NCBI GenBank assembly: GCA_964016885.1
Contig: OZ024740.1
Coordinates: forward strand, 414,842,001 to 414,906,000
Reading direction: 5' to 3'
DNA length: 64,000 nucleotides
Source: Eledone cirrhosa
Taxonomy: Eukaryota
Below, in pieces: positions 21,700-36,400 of the stretch. The position numbers were made by a program, and so were the translations under genes. The notes beneath the pieces are model-generated. The model did no database searches. It worked only from the letters and a program-made list of their open reading frames with translations, and had not been told where the DNA came from. How positions within the stretch are numbered: the stretch's first letter is position 1; each line of letters begins with the position of its first letter.

Positions 21700-24600
21700 A
21701 CAAACTGCTCAGTTGCTCGCATGTGTGAGTGCTGAACTCTGGGTCTTTCCGCTGGGAACAACCCCTTGTCCCCCCCCCCTTTTTTTGTGTACATCCATCC
21801 ATTCACTCATTCATTTACTGCCATTCTACCTTCCTGTGTCTCCCCCTCCATGCAGCCCCTTTTCGCTCTCATTTTCTGGCACCTCCATATATATAGGTGA
21901 ACTATGCTGCCCTCTTACCAGCACTTTCCCTTTCACCCACACACACCAGCCACCCACCCCTGATGCCGCTCGGTTCCCCAGTTCCCGGCCCCACGCCCCA
22001 TCCCCACCCCTCCAAATCGACACCTGCAGCACTTGCGGCACCACTAACAAACAGAAGAGGGGCCGAAACTGTTTGGGGTGCGGCTGCTTCCACCTGCGTT
22101 GGCTTGACTCGTCGAGCTTCCAATGCCCTCGCAGCGTGGAGGTGCAGGAGCTGCCTCTTCCCCATGTCTTCCCAGCCACGGCCGTCTGGCACACCACCAG
22201 ATGGGACAGCGAGCTTGCCTGACGCCCGAGCCTCGCTGGTCAACATCGCTTGGCTCAGGCGGCTCCGGAAGATCCCACTCAGGTGCCGGTAACCGATGCC
22301 CTCACTTCCTCATTGAGAGCGCCCTGGACTCCAATCGAGCCAGTGACTGGGAGCGGCTGTTCTATTTCGCCCCACTCGCCCTCGGCCTCCCCAGCTCTGG
22401 CGCTGACCGGGTCGGCCGGTCAACAGCAGCCTTCGTCAAGGCCAATGTCTCATCATTTGGGCGAGCGCCCATTCCAAGCATGCCCAAGGACGCCACACAC
22501 CCCACCCTCAGGTACCCCCTATCCTCCACCCCCAAGGCTATCGCCAAGCGTTTGCGTGACCAGGTAAACGCTAAGCTTATCATGGGTGATGTCTCGGCCG
22601 CAGTCAGAGTTGTTACCTCAGAGGACACTGTCTGCTCTGCGGCTCAAACACCCTGAGCCACCCACTGATCTCAGACCCATACCCCCACCTGCTCCTTGTG
22701 GCTACTGATGCAGATATCATGGCCGCCATCAGGTCCTTCCCAGCTAGCAGCTGCGGAGGTGTTGATGGTCTCCGACCAGGCCACCTCAAGGAGTTGACAT
22801 CCGCCCTCTCTGCTGAGGCTGGGCACCGCCTTCTGAGTGCAATTGTGGCGTTCACCAATAGGCTCATTCATGGTGCGCTCGACCCTTACGCCCGAGGCCT
22901 CTTCTTTTCGGCCAGCCTCACCGCATACGCCCCATTGCGGTGGGCAATGTCTTCCGGAGGCTGGCTGCCAAGGTGATGTGCAAGTCCGTCACACACGAAC
23001 TGGGTGAGGAGTTTAGTCCGGTGCAACTGGGTGTCGGCGTGTCCGGTGGCTGTGAGGGAGCCGCTCATGCAATCAGGCAGTTCTTCAGCAGCTGCCCATC
23101 GGTACCGGCATCCAGGGACTCCAGGCACCTCATTGTCAAACTTGACATGAGGAATGCCTTTAACTCTTTACGCCGGGATCATCTGCTCGAGGCCTGCCTC
23201 AGCCGAGCCCCCTCTGCCTACCCGCTGGCCTACCTGTCATATGGAGCCCCGAGCATGCTCCTAGCTGCTGATATGGTCATACCCTCGGTTACTGGGGTCC
23301 AACAGGGCGACCCTTTGGGACCCCTCCTGTTCGCCCTTGGTATTGACCACATCGCCCCGAGTATCACGGCCCCTCTCAACGTTTGGTATCTGGATGATGC
23401 TACGTTGGGCGGGCCTGTACGGACGGTCTGCCAAGACTTTCAATCGGTGATTCCTGCCCTGGCGGGAATTGGCCTCCAGGTCAACTCGGCCAAGTCCGAG
23501 GTGGTGAACGTCAGCCTCGATGCTACGAGCTTTGCAGCCTCCGTCTTGGACGTGCGGTCCAATCTCCGCCAGGTTAAGGTGACCCCCAAAGAGGATGTCC
23601 TCATCCTCAGGTCACTGATCCACCCACCGGCCATCCGCTCCACCATCAGGTCCAGGCTTCAACAGCTCTAGACTCTCACGGGCCGACTGGGCTTGGTTGA
23701 CGGCCACCCAGCTCTCTTTCTGCTGAGGAACTGCTTCGCCATGCCGAAGCTCCTCTATACACTCCGCAGCGCTCCATGCTACACCCAGACATCTCTCCTC
23801 GCTGACCTCGATACTTGTATCCGAGCAGTAGCCGAGGGGATATGCAACGTCAAGTTTGACGACATAGAGTGGCAACAGGCCACTTTACTGGTCAGGTATG
23901 GTGGCCTAGGCCTCCGATCCCCGATCTCACTAGCTTTGCCGACGTATCTTTCGTCAGTAACCTCGTACCACGTCTTCGTCAGCAGGGTTCTTCAAAACAC
24001 AACAGAACCCTCTGTGTTCAGAGAACATGAGGCCACCTGTGAGACGTGGGACCGGCTGGGACTTAGCCCAGTAGACGTCACTCCTCCTTCTTCCCCTGTT
24101 GACGTCAAGTCCCCCCAACGCACTTGGGATGCCATCCAGTGCAGCCTGGCCTCAGACAGGCTCACGCGCCAGACCGACCAGCACCGCCTTGCTTGTTTTC
24201 GTGCGGTCTCCAAACCTCACAATGGTGCCTTCCTCCATGCTCTGCCCTCCTTCTCCACTGGCACGCAGCTAGACAACCATAGCCTGTGAATCGGCGTTTC
24301 CCTGAGGCTCGGCCTCCGGATCTGCCAGCCACACCAATGTCGCTGCGGTTCCACCGTGGACTCTTTCGGCCTCCACCCACTTTCCTGTCGCCACAGTGCC
24401 GGTCGCATTCCACGCCATGCTGCCCTCAACAAGGTCATTAAGCATGGCTTGGATGCTGCAGGCTTCCCTTCCCAGTGGGGCTGGATCAAGGGCATGGCAA
24501 AAGGCCAGATGGCACGACCATCTTCCCGTTCTGCGGTGGCAAACCCCTCGTCTGGGATGCCACTTGCACCGACACTTTCTGCAGCGCAACCTAGTGCAGT

Positions 24601-25047
24601 CTGCGACTGACCCAGGTTCTGCTGCACGTCGGGATGAGGGGGCCAAACTCCTCAAATACTGGTTGCTCTCCGACAGGTTTGCGGTCGTTCCATAGGCAGT
24701 GGAAACTTCTGGTGTCCTCGGCCCCAGGGCTACCTCCTTACTCACCACCATAGGCGCTGAGCTGGCCAGCCGCAGGTGTGAGCCCCGCGAGTTGGAGTGG
24801 CTTTTCCAGCGCGTCTCCCTTACCGTCCTCCGGGGAAACGCCTTCTCCATTCTGTCCGCCGAAGCTGTGGGTGGGCCCCATCGCGTACCAATACATTAGT
24901 TAAATATCATTCTTTCATCGTTACAACTTATATCCACATTAATGACGTTTATTACTTTAACTATTTTTCCATTTTGACGCTATAGTCACTTATATATTAT
25001 ATATAGCAGTAAATAAAGGATTATGAGTTCATGCAAAAAAAAAAAAA
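21700..25047 (+). mobile_element. CRE-clade-like non-LTR retrotransposon (RT plus restriction-like endonuclease), near full length, disrupted
   Basis: [123 protein letters not shown] and QRVSLTVLRGNA in collinear order; AATAAA at ~25012 and poly(A) at 25035-25047. The 5' boundary is uncertain. Confidence 0.9.
22025..24899 (+). pseudogene. Single long ORF of the CRE-like element (PHD - RT - CCHC - PD(D/E)xK RLE), broken by several frameshifts and stops
   Basis: Motif blocks are spread over ORFs 21713-22222, 21897-22292, 22123-22656, 22698-22976, 22940-23671, 23693-24289, 24356-24610 and 24699-24899; in-frame stops at 23669, 24287 and 24693. Confidence 0.85.
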
Positions 25048-25072
25048 TATATATATATATATATATTTATAT

Positions 25073-25321
25073 ATCGTGTAGGTGTCACAACAAAAAAACA
25101 CAGTCAACGCTGTAATGTGGCCGTGTAGGTAACACGGTAAAAACCTCCCAGTCCACACTGTAAACGTGGTTGGTGTTAGGAAGGGCATCCAGCTGTAGAA
25201 TACCCGCCAGACAGTCCTATACGAGCAGGACAACCAATCTTGCCTCAAGTGGGAAAACTCCCGTCCAAACCCATGCAAGCGTGGAAGATGGACGTTAAAT
25301 GATGATGATGATGATGATGAT
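25073..25321 (+). mobile_element. RTE 3'UTR fragment with (GAT)n tail
   Basis: Near-identical to 48950-49202. Confidence 0.9.
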
Positions 25322-25422
25322 ATATAGAGGTAAAACACTGGAAGGTAATATCTGTAGTGGTAGAGCACTCAGTCCATGGGACGAGTTTGGTAGAAGTAGT
25401 AACACAACAGTTAGTTCACCAT

Positions 25423-25463
25423 ACTGAGAACAAATGCTTCACCTTAGCGGATCTTCAGCTCAG
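25423..25463 (-). ncRNA. Minimal type I hammerhead ribozyme motif, mirror copy
   Basis: Minus: CTGAG CTGAAGA TCCGCTAAGGT GAAG CATTTG TT CTCAGT; stem II CC/GG intact, GAAA mutated to GAAG. Confidence 0.6.
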
Positions 25464-25505
25464 ACTGAGCTGAAGATCTGCTAATGTGAAACAATTATTC
25501 TCAGT
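25464..25505 (+). ncRNA. Minimal type I hammerhead ribozyme motif (Penelope-like)
   Basis: Stem I ACTGAG/CTCAGT; core CTGAAGA; short stem II TCTGCTAATGT; GAAA; near-palindromic stem III ACAATTAT; H17 = T25499. Confidence 0.65.
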
Positions 25506-26077
25506 ATGGTGAACTAACTGTTGTGTTACTACTTCTATATATATATATATATATACATCTTGGGGCTCAATAAAGTGGGCATAATCGCCTGTAAAGTGGT
25601 TAGCATTAGGAAGAGTAACCAGCTTTAAAAAACACGCCAAATAAAGTGATGAGAGGATTCTTCATTCTTATCAATGACACAGTAACCTCTGTAGACTTGG
25701 TGCCCCAATAAAACACATTTAGTATATTCTGTAGAGTGGTTGTGTTAAGAAAAGTAACCAGCTGTAGAAATCATACCAAACAAAGGGTTCAAAGTATTTT
25801 TCAGTTGTGTTAAGGATATGACAACCTCCTTAAAACTGGTGCCATGAAAACATTCACCCAGTATAATCTGTATGTAGTTGATGATTGGAGGGACATCCAG
25901 CTGTAGAATCCTTGACAAAACTAGAAATATGTGAGAGGTGGCTAGAGGCTCATTTGGGATGACAGTAAGATAGTAAGACAGATGGCAGTAACTCTGATTA
26001 AATATTAACGACCCATCCAACCAATGCCAGCATAGAAAAACAAACGTCAAATCACCATCATTATATATACGTATATA

Positions 26078-26621
26078 GTACCAGTAATGCACTGGGTAAT
26101 TGCTGGCCTTGTGCCTAAAGTAGAAACAATTATATATACGTATATATTGATGATGATTTGATGTTTGTTTGGACCCCATGCTTTGCAGCAAAGAGTTACG
26201 TCCCTTTATGGTCTGAGTTCAAATCCCGCCGAAGTTAACTTTGCTTTTCATCCTTACGGGGGTCGATAAAATAAAGTACCAGTAATACACTGGGATAATT
26301 GCTGACCTTGTGCCAAAAGTAGAAACAATTATATATACGTATTCACACACACATACACACATTGATACGTACATATATTTCAGTCTCATTACAGCCGCAT
26401 GTCTTGTAGTAAAGATACTATCTCTAAAGGGCGGTGGATTGGCAGTATCGGTAGAGGGTCGGACGCCATGCTTTGCAGCATAGAGTTACGGCCCTTAATG
26501 GTCTGAGTTCAAATCCCGCTGAGGTTAACTTTGCCTTTCATCCTTACAGGGTCGATAAAATAAAGTACCAGTAATACACTGCTATAATTGCTGGCCTTGT
26601 GCCAAAAGTAGAAACAATTAA
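26078..26621 (+). mobile_element. Three head-to-tail Meta-like SINE copies (26078-26131 partial, 26170-26331, 26429-26621 full)
   Basis: Repeated GTACCAGTAAT.CACTG...TTGCTG.CCTTGTGCC.AAAGTAGAAACAATTA. The full copy has A-box-like TGGCAGTATCGG and B box GAGTTCAAATCC. Confidence 0.85.
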
Positions 26622-26830
26622 TATATATATACAGTCTCTCTCTATCAAATTCCATTCATGAGATATTGATCAAGCCAAGGCTATGGCAGAAAACAGCTGA
26701 AGGTGCTGTGTTCAGTGTGACTGAGCACAGAACCACACAGCCATGCCTACATTGTGGGTTTATGTTTGTATGTGTGTGTGTGTGTGTGTGTGTCTGTATG
26801 TATGTATGTGTGTATGTATGTATGTAAGTG

Positions 26831-27036
26831 AAGGTGTGTGGGTGAGTGGTTAGAGAATTGGATTCGCAATCGTAAGGTTGTGAGTTCGATTCCTGGAGCA
26901 GGCGATGCGTTATGTCCTTGAGCAAGACACTTTATTTCACGTTGCTCCTTCTACCTGGAGTTGCGACCGATAGATAGTATTAGCAATTGGAAAGACCAAC
27001 GGAAACATTGTTCCCTCGGTCCGATTTGACGTTCTT
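26831..27036 (+). mobile_element. tRNA-derived CORE-type SINE with a different 3' tail
   Basis: GAGTGGTTAGAG..TTGG..TCGCAATCG.AAGGTTGTGAGTTCGATTCC and GTCCTTGAGCAAGACACTTTATTTCACGTTGCTCC match the 19179-19520 head; ends in (TATG)n. Confidence 0.8.
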
Positions 27037-27480
27037 TCTATGTATGTATGTATGTATGTGTATATGTATGTATGTATGTGTGTATGTATGTGTGTATGTA
27101 TGTTTGTATGTAAGTATCTATGTATGTGTGCATGTATGTATGTGTGTATGTAAGTATGTATGGATGTGTATGTGTGCATGTATGTATGTGTGTATGTATG
27201 TATGTGTATGTGTGTATGTAAGTATGTATGGATGTGTATGTGTGCATGTATGTATGTGTGTGCAAGTGTGTATGTATGTATGTGTGTGTGTAGGTATTTA
27301 TGTATTTGTATACAAGAGTGTGTGCATGTATGTGTTCCATATATTAGAATGTTATATTGTGTGTGGGTGGATGTATGTTATATTGTGTGTCGGTGTATGT
27401 TATATTGTGTGTGTGTGTATGTTATATTGTGTGTGGGTGTATATTATATTGTGTGTGTGTGTGTATGTATGTTATATACA
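27037..27480. repeat. (TATG)n/(TG)n degenerate microsatellite and short TGTTATATTGTGTGT repeats
   Basis: Directly visible. Confidence 0.9.
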
Positions 27481-30400
27481 CACACATAACCGTATGTGTA
27501 TATTCATGTGCTGTGTATAAATCTATTTTTACAAGAGACATCATAGAATAGAAATGCAGTGAAGAGTAACAAAATACTTTATCTTTTTATTTCAGGTTTT
27601 ATTGTTGTATATTTGTTATTGTTTTCACAGGACAAAAACAAAGAAAGAGGAAAAAAACAGAACATAAACAACACCACCAGTACATATATATACACCACCA
27701 CCACATATATATACACCACCACTACATATATATACACCACCACTACATATATATACACCACCACTACATATATATATACACCACCACTACACATATATAC
27801 ATCACCACTACATGTATATACACCACCACTACACATATATACACCACCACTACACATATATACACCACCACTACACATATATACATCACCACTACACATA
27901 TATACATCACCACTACATATATATACACCACCACTACACATATATACACCACCACTACATATATATACACCACCACTACACATATATACACCACCACTAC
28001 ATATATATACACCACTACTACACATATATACACCACCACTACACATATATACATCACCACTACATATATATATACACCACCACTACACATATATACACCA
28101 CCACAACACATAGATACACCAACACTACACATATATACACCACCAATACATATATATATACACCACCACTACATATATATACACCACCACTACATATATA
28201 TATACACCACCACTACACATATATACACACCACTACATATATATACACCACCACTACACATATATACATCACCACTACATACATATACACCACCACTACA
28301 CATATATACACCACCACTACATATATATACACCACCATTACACATATATACACCACCGTTACACATATATACACCACCACCACACATATATACAACTCCA
28401 CTACATATATATACATCACTACACATATATACACCACCACTACACATATATACACCACCACTACACATATATACACCACCACTACACATATATACACCAC
28501 CACTACACATATATACGTCACCACTACATATATATACACCACCACTGCACATATATACATCACCACTACACATATATACACCACCACTACATATATATAC
28601 ACCACCACTACATATATATACACCACCACTAAATATATATACACCATTACTACACATATATACACCACCACTACATATATATATACACCACTACTACACA
28701 TATATACACCACCACTACACATATATATACATCACCACTAAATATATATACACCACCACTACACATATATATACACCACCACTGCACATATATACATCAC
28801 CACTACACATATATACACCACCACTACATATATATACACCACCACTACACATATATACACCACCACTACATATATATACACCACCACTACATATATATAC
28901 ACCACGACTAGACATATATATACACCACCACTACATATATATAGACCACCACTACACATATATACACCACCACTACATATATATACACCACCATTACATA
29001 TATATACACCACCATTACACATATATATACACCACCACTACACATATATACATCACCACTAAATATATATACACCACCACTATATATATATACATCACCA
29101 CTACACATATATATACACCACCACTACACATATATACACCACCACTACATATATATACACCACCACTACACATATATATACACCACCACTACACATATAT
29201 ACACCACCACTACACATATATACACTTCCACTACATATATATACACCACCATTACATATATATACACCACCACTACACATATATATACACCACCACTACA
29301 CATATATACACCACCACTACATATATATACACCAACATTACACATATATACACCACCACTACACATATATACACCACCACTACACATATATACACTACCA
29401 CTACACATATATACATCACCAGTACATATATATACACCACCACTACACATATATACACCACCACTACATATATATACACCACCACTACACATATATACAC
29501 AACCACTACACATATATATACAGACCACTACACATATATACACCACCACTACATATATATACACCACCACTACACATATATACACCACCAATACATATAT
29601 ATACACCACCACTACACATATATACACCACCACTACACATATATACACCACCACTACACATATACACCACCACTACATATATATACACCACCACTACACA
29701 TATATACACCAACACCACACATATATACACCACCACTACATATATATACACCACTACACATATATACACCACCACTACACATATATACACCACCACTACA
29801 CATATATACACCACCACTACACATATATACACCACCACTACACATATATATACACCACCACCACATATATATACACCAACATTTCATATATATACACCAC
29901 CACTACACATATATATATACACCACAACTACACATATATATACACCACCACTACATATATATACACCACCAATACATATATATACACCATCGCAACATAT
30001 ATTTATACACCACCAATACACATATATACATCACCACTACATATATATACACCACCACTACACATATATACACCACCACTACACATATATATACACCACC
30101 ACTACACATATATACACCACCACTACATATATATACACCACCACTAGACATATATACACCACCACTACATATATATACACCACCACTACACATATATACA
30201 CCACCACTACATATATATACACCACTACTACACATATATACACCACCACTACACATATATACACGACCACTACATATATATACACCACCACTACATATAT
30301 ATACACCACCACTACATATATATACAACACCACTACACATATATATACACCACCACTACACATATATACACCACCACTACACATATATACACCACCATTA

Positions 30401-33400
30401 CATATATACACACCACCACTACACATATATACATCACCACTACATATATATACACCACCACTATATATATATACACCACCATTACATATATATACACCAC
30501 CACTACACATATATACACAACCACTACACATATATATACAGCACCACTACACATATATACACCACCACTACACATATATACACCAGCACTACACATATAT
30601 ACATCACCACTACGTATATATACACCACCACTATATATATATACACCACCACTACACATATACACCACCACTACACATATATACACCACCACTACACATA
30701 TATACACCACCATTACATATATATACACCATCACTACACATATATACACCACCACCACACATATATACACCATCACTACACATATATACACCACCACTAC
30801 ACATATATATACACCACCACTACATATATATACACCAACACTTCATATATATACACCACCACTACACATATATATATATACACCACCACTACACATATAT
30901 ATACACCACCACTACATATATATACACCACCAATACATATATATACACCACCACTACATATATATACACCACCATTACATATATATACACCATCACTACA
31001 CATATATACACCACCACCACACATATATACACCATCACTACACATATATACACCACCACTACACATATATATACACCGCCACTACATATATATACACCAA
31101 CACTTCATATATATACACCACCACTACACATATATATATATACACCACCACTACACATATATATACACCACCACTACATATATATACACCACCAATACAT
31201 ATATATACACCACCACTACATATATATATACACCACCACTACACATATATACATCACCACTACATATATATACACCACCACTACACATATATACACCATC
31301 ACTATATATATATACACCACCAGTACACATATATATACACGACCACTACACATATATACACCACCACTACATATATATACACCACCACTAGACATATATA
31401 CACCACCACTACATATATATACACCACCACTACACATATATACACCACCACTACATATATATACACCACTACTTCACATATATACACCACCACTACACAT
31501 ATATATATACACCACAACTACACATATATATACACCACCACTACATATATATACACCACCAATACATATATATACACCATCACAACATATATTTATACAC
31601 CACCAATACACATATATACATCACCACTACATATATATACATCACCACTACACATATATACACCACCACTACACATATATACACCACCACTAGACATATA
31701 TACACCACCACTACATATATATACACCAACATTTCATATATATACACCACCACTACACATATATATATACACCACCACTACACATATATATACACCACCA
31801 CTACATATATATACACCACCAATACATATATATACACCACCACTACATATATATATACACCAACACTACACATATAAACATCACCACTACATGTATATAT
31901 ACACCAACACTACACATATAAACATCACCACTACATATATATACACCATCACTATATATATATACACCACCACTACACATATATATACACGACCACTACA
32001 CATATATACACCACCACTACATATATATATACACCACCACTACATATATATACACCACCACTACACATATATACACCACCACTACATATATATACACCAC
32101 TACTTCACATATATACACCACCACTACACATATATACACCGCCACTACATATATATACACCATCACTACATATATATACACCACCACTACATATATATAC
32201 ACCACCACTACACATATATATACACCACCACTACATATATATCCACCACCACTACATATATATCCACCACCACTACATATATATCCACCACCACTACATA
32301 TATATACACCACCACTACATATATATACACCACCACTAAATATATATACACCACTACTACACGTTTATACACCACCACTACACATATATACACCACCACT
32401 ACACATATATATACATCACCACTACACATATATACACCACCACTACATATATATACACCACCACTACATATATATACACCACCACTACATATATATACAC
32501 CACCGCAACACATATATACACCACCACTACACATATATACACCATCACTAGATATATATACACCACCATTACACATATATACACCACCACTACATATATA
32601 TACACAACCACTACACATATATACAGCAACACTACATATATATACACCAACATTTCATATATATACACCACCACTACATATATATACACCACCACTACAT
32701 ATATATACACCAACATTTCATATATATACACCACCACTACACATATATATATATACACCACCACTACATATAAATACACCAACATTTCATATATATACAC
32801 CACCACTACACATATATATATACACCACCACTACACGTATATATACACCACCACTACATATATATACACCACCAATACATATATATACACCACCACTACA
32901 CATATATACACCATCACTATATATATATACACCACCACTACACATATATATACATGACCACTACACATATATACACCACCACTACATATATATACACCAC
33001 CACTAGACATATATACACCACCACTACATATATATACACCACCACTACATATATATACACCACTACTTCACATATATACACCACCACTACATATATATAC
33101 ACCACCACTACATATATATACACCACCACTACATATATATACACCACCACTACATATATATACACCACCACTACATATATATACACCACCACTACATATA
33201 TATACACCACTACTTCACATATATACACCACCACTACATATATATACACCACCACTACATATATATCCACCACCACTACATATATATCCACCACCACTAC
33301 ATATTTATCCACCACCACTACATATATATACACCGCCACTACATATATATACACCACCACTAAATATATATACACCACTACTACACATATATACACCACC

Positions 33401-36400
33401 ACTACACATATATACACCACCACTACATATATATATACATCACCACTACATATATATACACCACCACTACACATATATATACACCACCACTACACATATA
33501 TACATCACCACTACACATATATACACCCCCACTACATATATATACACCACCACTACACATATATACACCACCACTACATATATATACACCACTACTACAT
33601 ATATATATACACCACCACTACATATATATACACCACCACAACACATATATACACCACCACTACACATATATACACCATCACTACATATATATACACCACC
33701 ATTACACATATATACACCACCACTACATATATATACACCAACATTTCATATATATACACCACCACTACACATATATATACACCAACATTTCATATATATA
33801 CACCACCACTACACATATATATATACACCACCACTACATATATATACACCAACATTTCATATATATACACCACCACTACACATATATATATACACCACCA
33901 CTACACATATATATACACCACCACTACATATATATACACCACCAATACATATATATAAACCACCACTACACATATATACATCACCACTACATATATATAC
34001 ACCACCACTACACATATATACACCATCACTATATATATATACACCACCACTACACATATATATACACGACCACTACACATATATACACCACCACTACATA
34101 TATATACACCACCACTACATATATGTACACCACCACTACACATATATATAAACCACCACTACATATATATCCACCACCACTACATATATATCCACCACCA
34201 CTACATATATATCCACCACCACTACATATATATACACCACCACTACATATATATACACCACCACTAAATATATATACACCACTACTACACATATATACAC
34301 CACCACTACACATATATACACCACCACTACACATATATATACATCACCACTACATATATATAAACCACCACTGCATATATATACACCACCACTACACATA
34401 TATACACCACCACTACATATATATACACCACCACTACATATATATACACCACTACTACATATATATACACCACCACAACACATATATACACCACCACTAC
34501 ACATATATACACCATCACTACATATATATACACCACCATTACACATATATACACCACCACTACATATATATACACCACCACTACACATATATACAGCACC
34601 ACTACATATATATATACACCAACATTTCATATATATACACCACCACTACATATATATACACCACCACTACACATATATATACACCACCACTACATATATA
34701 TACACCAACATTTCATATATATACACCACCACTACACATATATATATACAACACCACTACATATATATACACCAACATTTCATATATATACACCACCACT
34801 ACACATATATATATACACCACCACTACACATATATATACACCACCACTACATATATATACACCACCAATACATATATATACACCACCACTACACATATAT
34901 ACATCACCACTACATATATATACACCACCAATACACATATATACACCACCACTACACATATATATACACGACCACTACACATATATACACCACCACTACA
35001 TATATATACACCACCACTAGACATATATACACCACCACTACACATATATATACATCACCACTAAATATATATACACCACCAATACACATATATATACACC
35101 ACCACTGCACATATATACATCACCACTACACATATATACACCACCACTACATATATATACACCACCACTACACATATATACACCACCACTACATATATAT
35201 ACACCACCACTACACATATATATACACCACCACTACATATATATAGACCACCACTACACATATATACACCACCACTACATATATATACACCACCATTACA
35301 TATATATACACCACCATTACACATATATATACACCGCCACTACACATATATACATCACCACTAAATATATATACACCACCACTATATATATACAGCACCA
35401 CTACACATATATATACACCACCACTACACATATATACACCACCACTACACATATATATACACCACCACTACACATATATACACCACCACTACACATATAT
35501 ACACTTCCACTACATATATGTACACCACCACTACACATATATATACACCACCACTACACATATATACACCACCACTACATATATATACACCAACATTACA
35601 CATATATACACCACCACTACACATAAATACACCACCACTACACATATATACACCACCACTACACATATATACATCACCAGTACATATATATACACCACCA
35701 CTACACATATATACACCACCACTACATATATATACACCACCACTACACATATATACACAACCACTACACATATATATACAGACCACTACACATATATACA
35801 CCACCACTACATATATATACACCACCACTACACATATATACACCACCAATACATATATATACACCACCACTACACATATATACACCACCACTACACATAT
35901 ATACACCACCACTACACATATATACACCACCACTACACATATACACCACCACTACACATATATACACCACCACTACATATATATACACCACCACTACACA
36001 TATATACACCAACACCACACATATATACACCAGCACTACATATATATACACCACTACACATATATACACCACCACTACACATATATACACCACCACTACA
36101 CATATATACACCACCACTACACATATATACACCGCCACCACACATATATACACCACCACTACACATATATACACCACCACTACACATATATACATCACCA
36201 CTACATATATATACACCACCACTATATATATATACACCACCATTACATATATATACACCACCACTACACATATATACACAACCACTACACATATATACAC
36301 CACCAATACACATACATACACCACCACTACACATATATACACCGCCACCACACATATATACACCACTACACATATATACACCACCACTACACATATATAC

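Larger units (their letters stand above)
25322..25537. mobile_element. Fold-back hairpin element with two inverted minimal hammerhead ribozymes
   Basis: 73-bp arms 25391-25463 / 25465-25537 around a single A at 25464, no indels, 5 mismatches; ~70-nt unique tail 25322-25390; (TA)n at 25536-25555. Confidence 0.75.

Noticed and set aside
21190-21700. Relatively CpG-rich unique stretch with a minus-strand donor (CAG|GTAAGA at ~21343-21351) as a first exon or promoter
   Set aside because: A single splice-like motif with no ORF or other support; it could also be the 5' region of the CRE-like element.
26831-26900. tRNA-like sequence (also 19440-19520 on the minus strand)
   Set aside because: A and B boxes are present, but the sequence runs into a SINE core and has no convincing acceptor stem; these are SINE heads, not tRNA genes.
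26937-27551. Cys/Val/Met/Tyr- and His/Thr-rich ORFs
   Set aside because: Translations of (TATG)n/(TG)n microsatellite.
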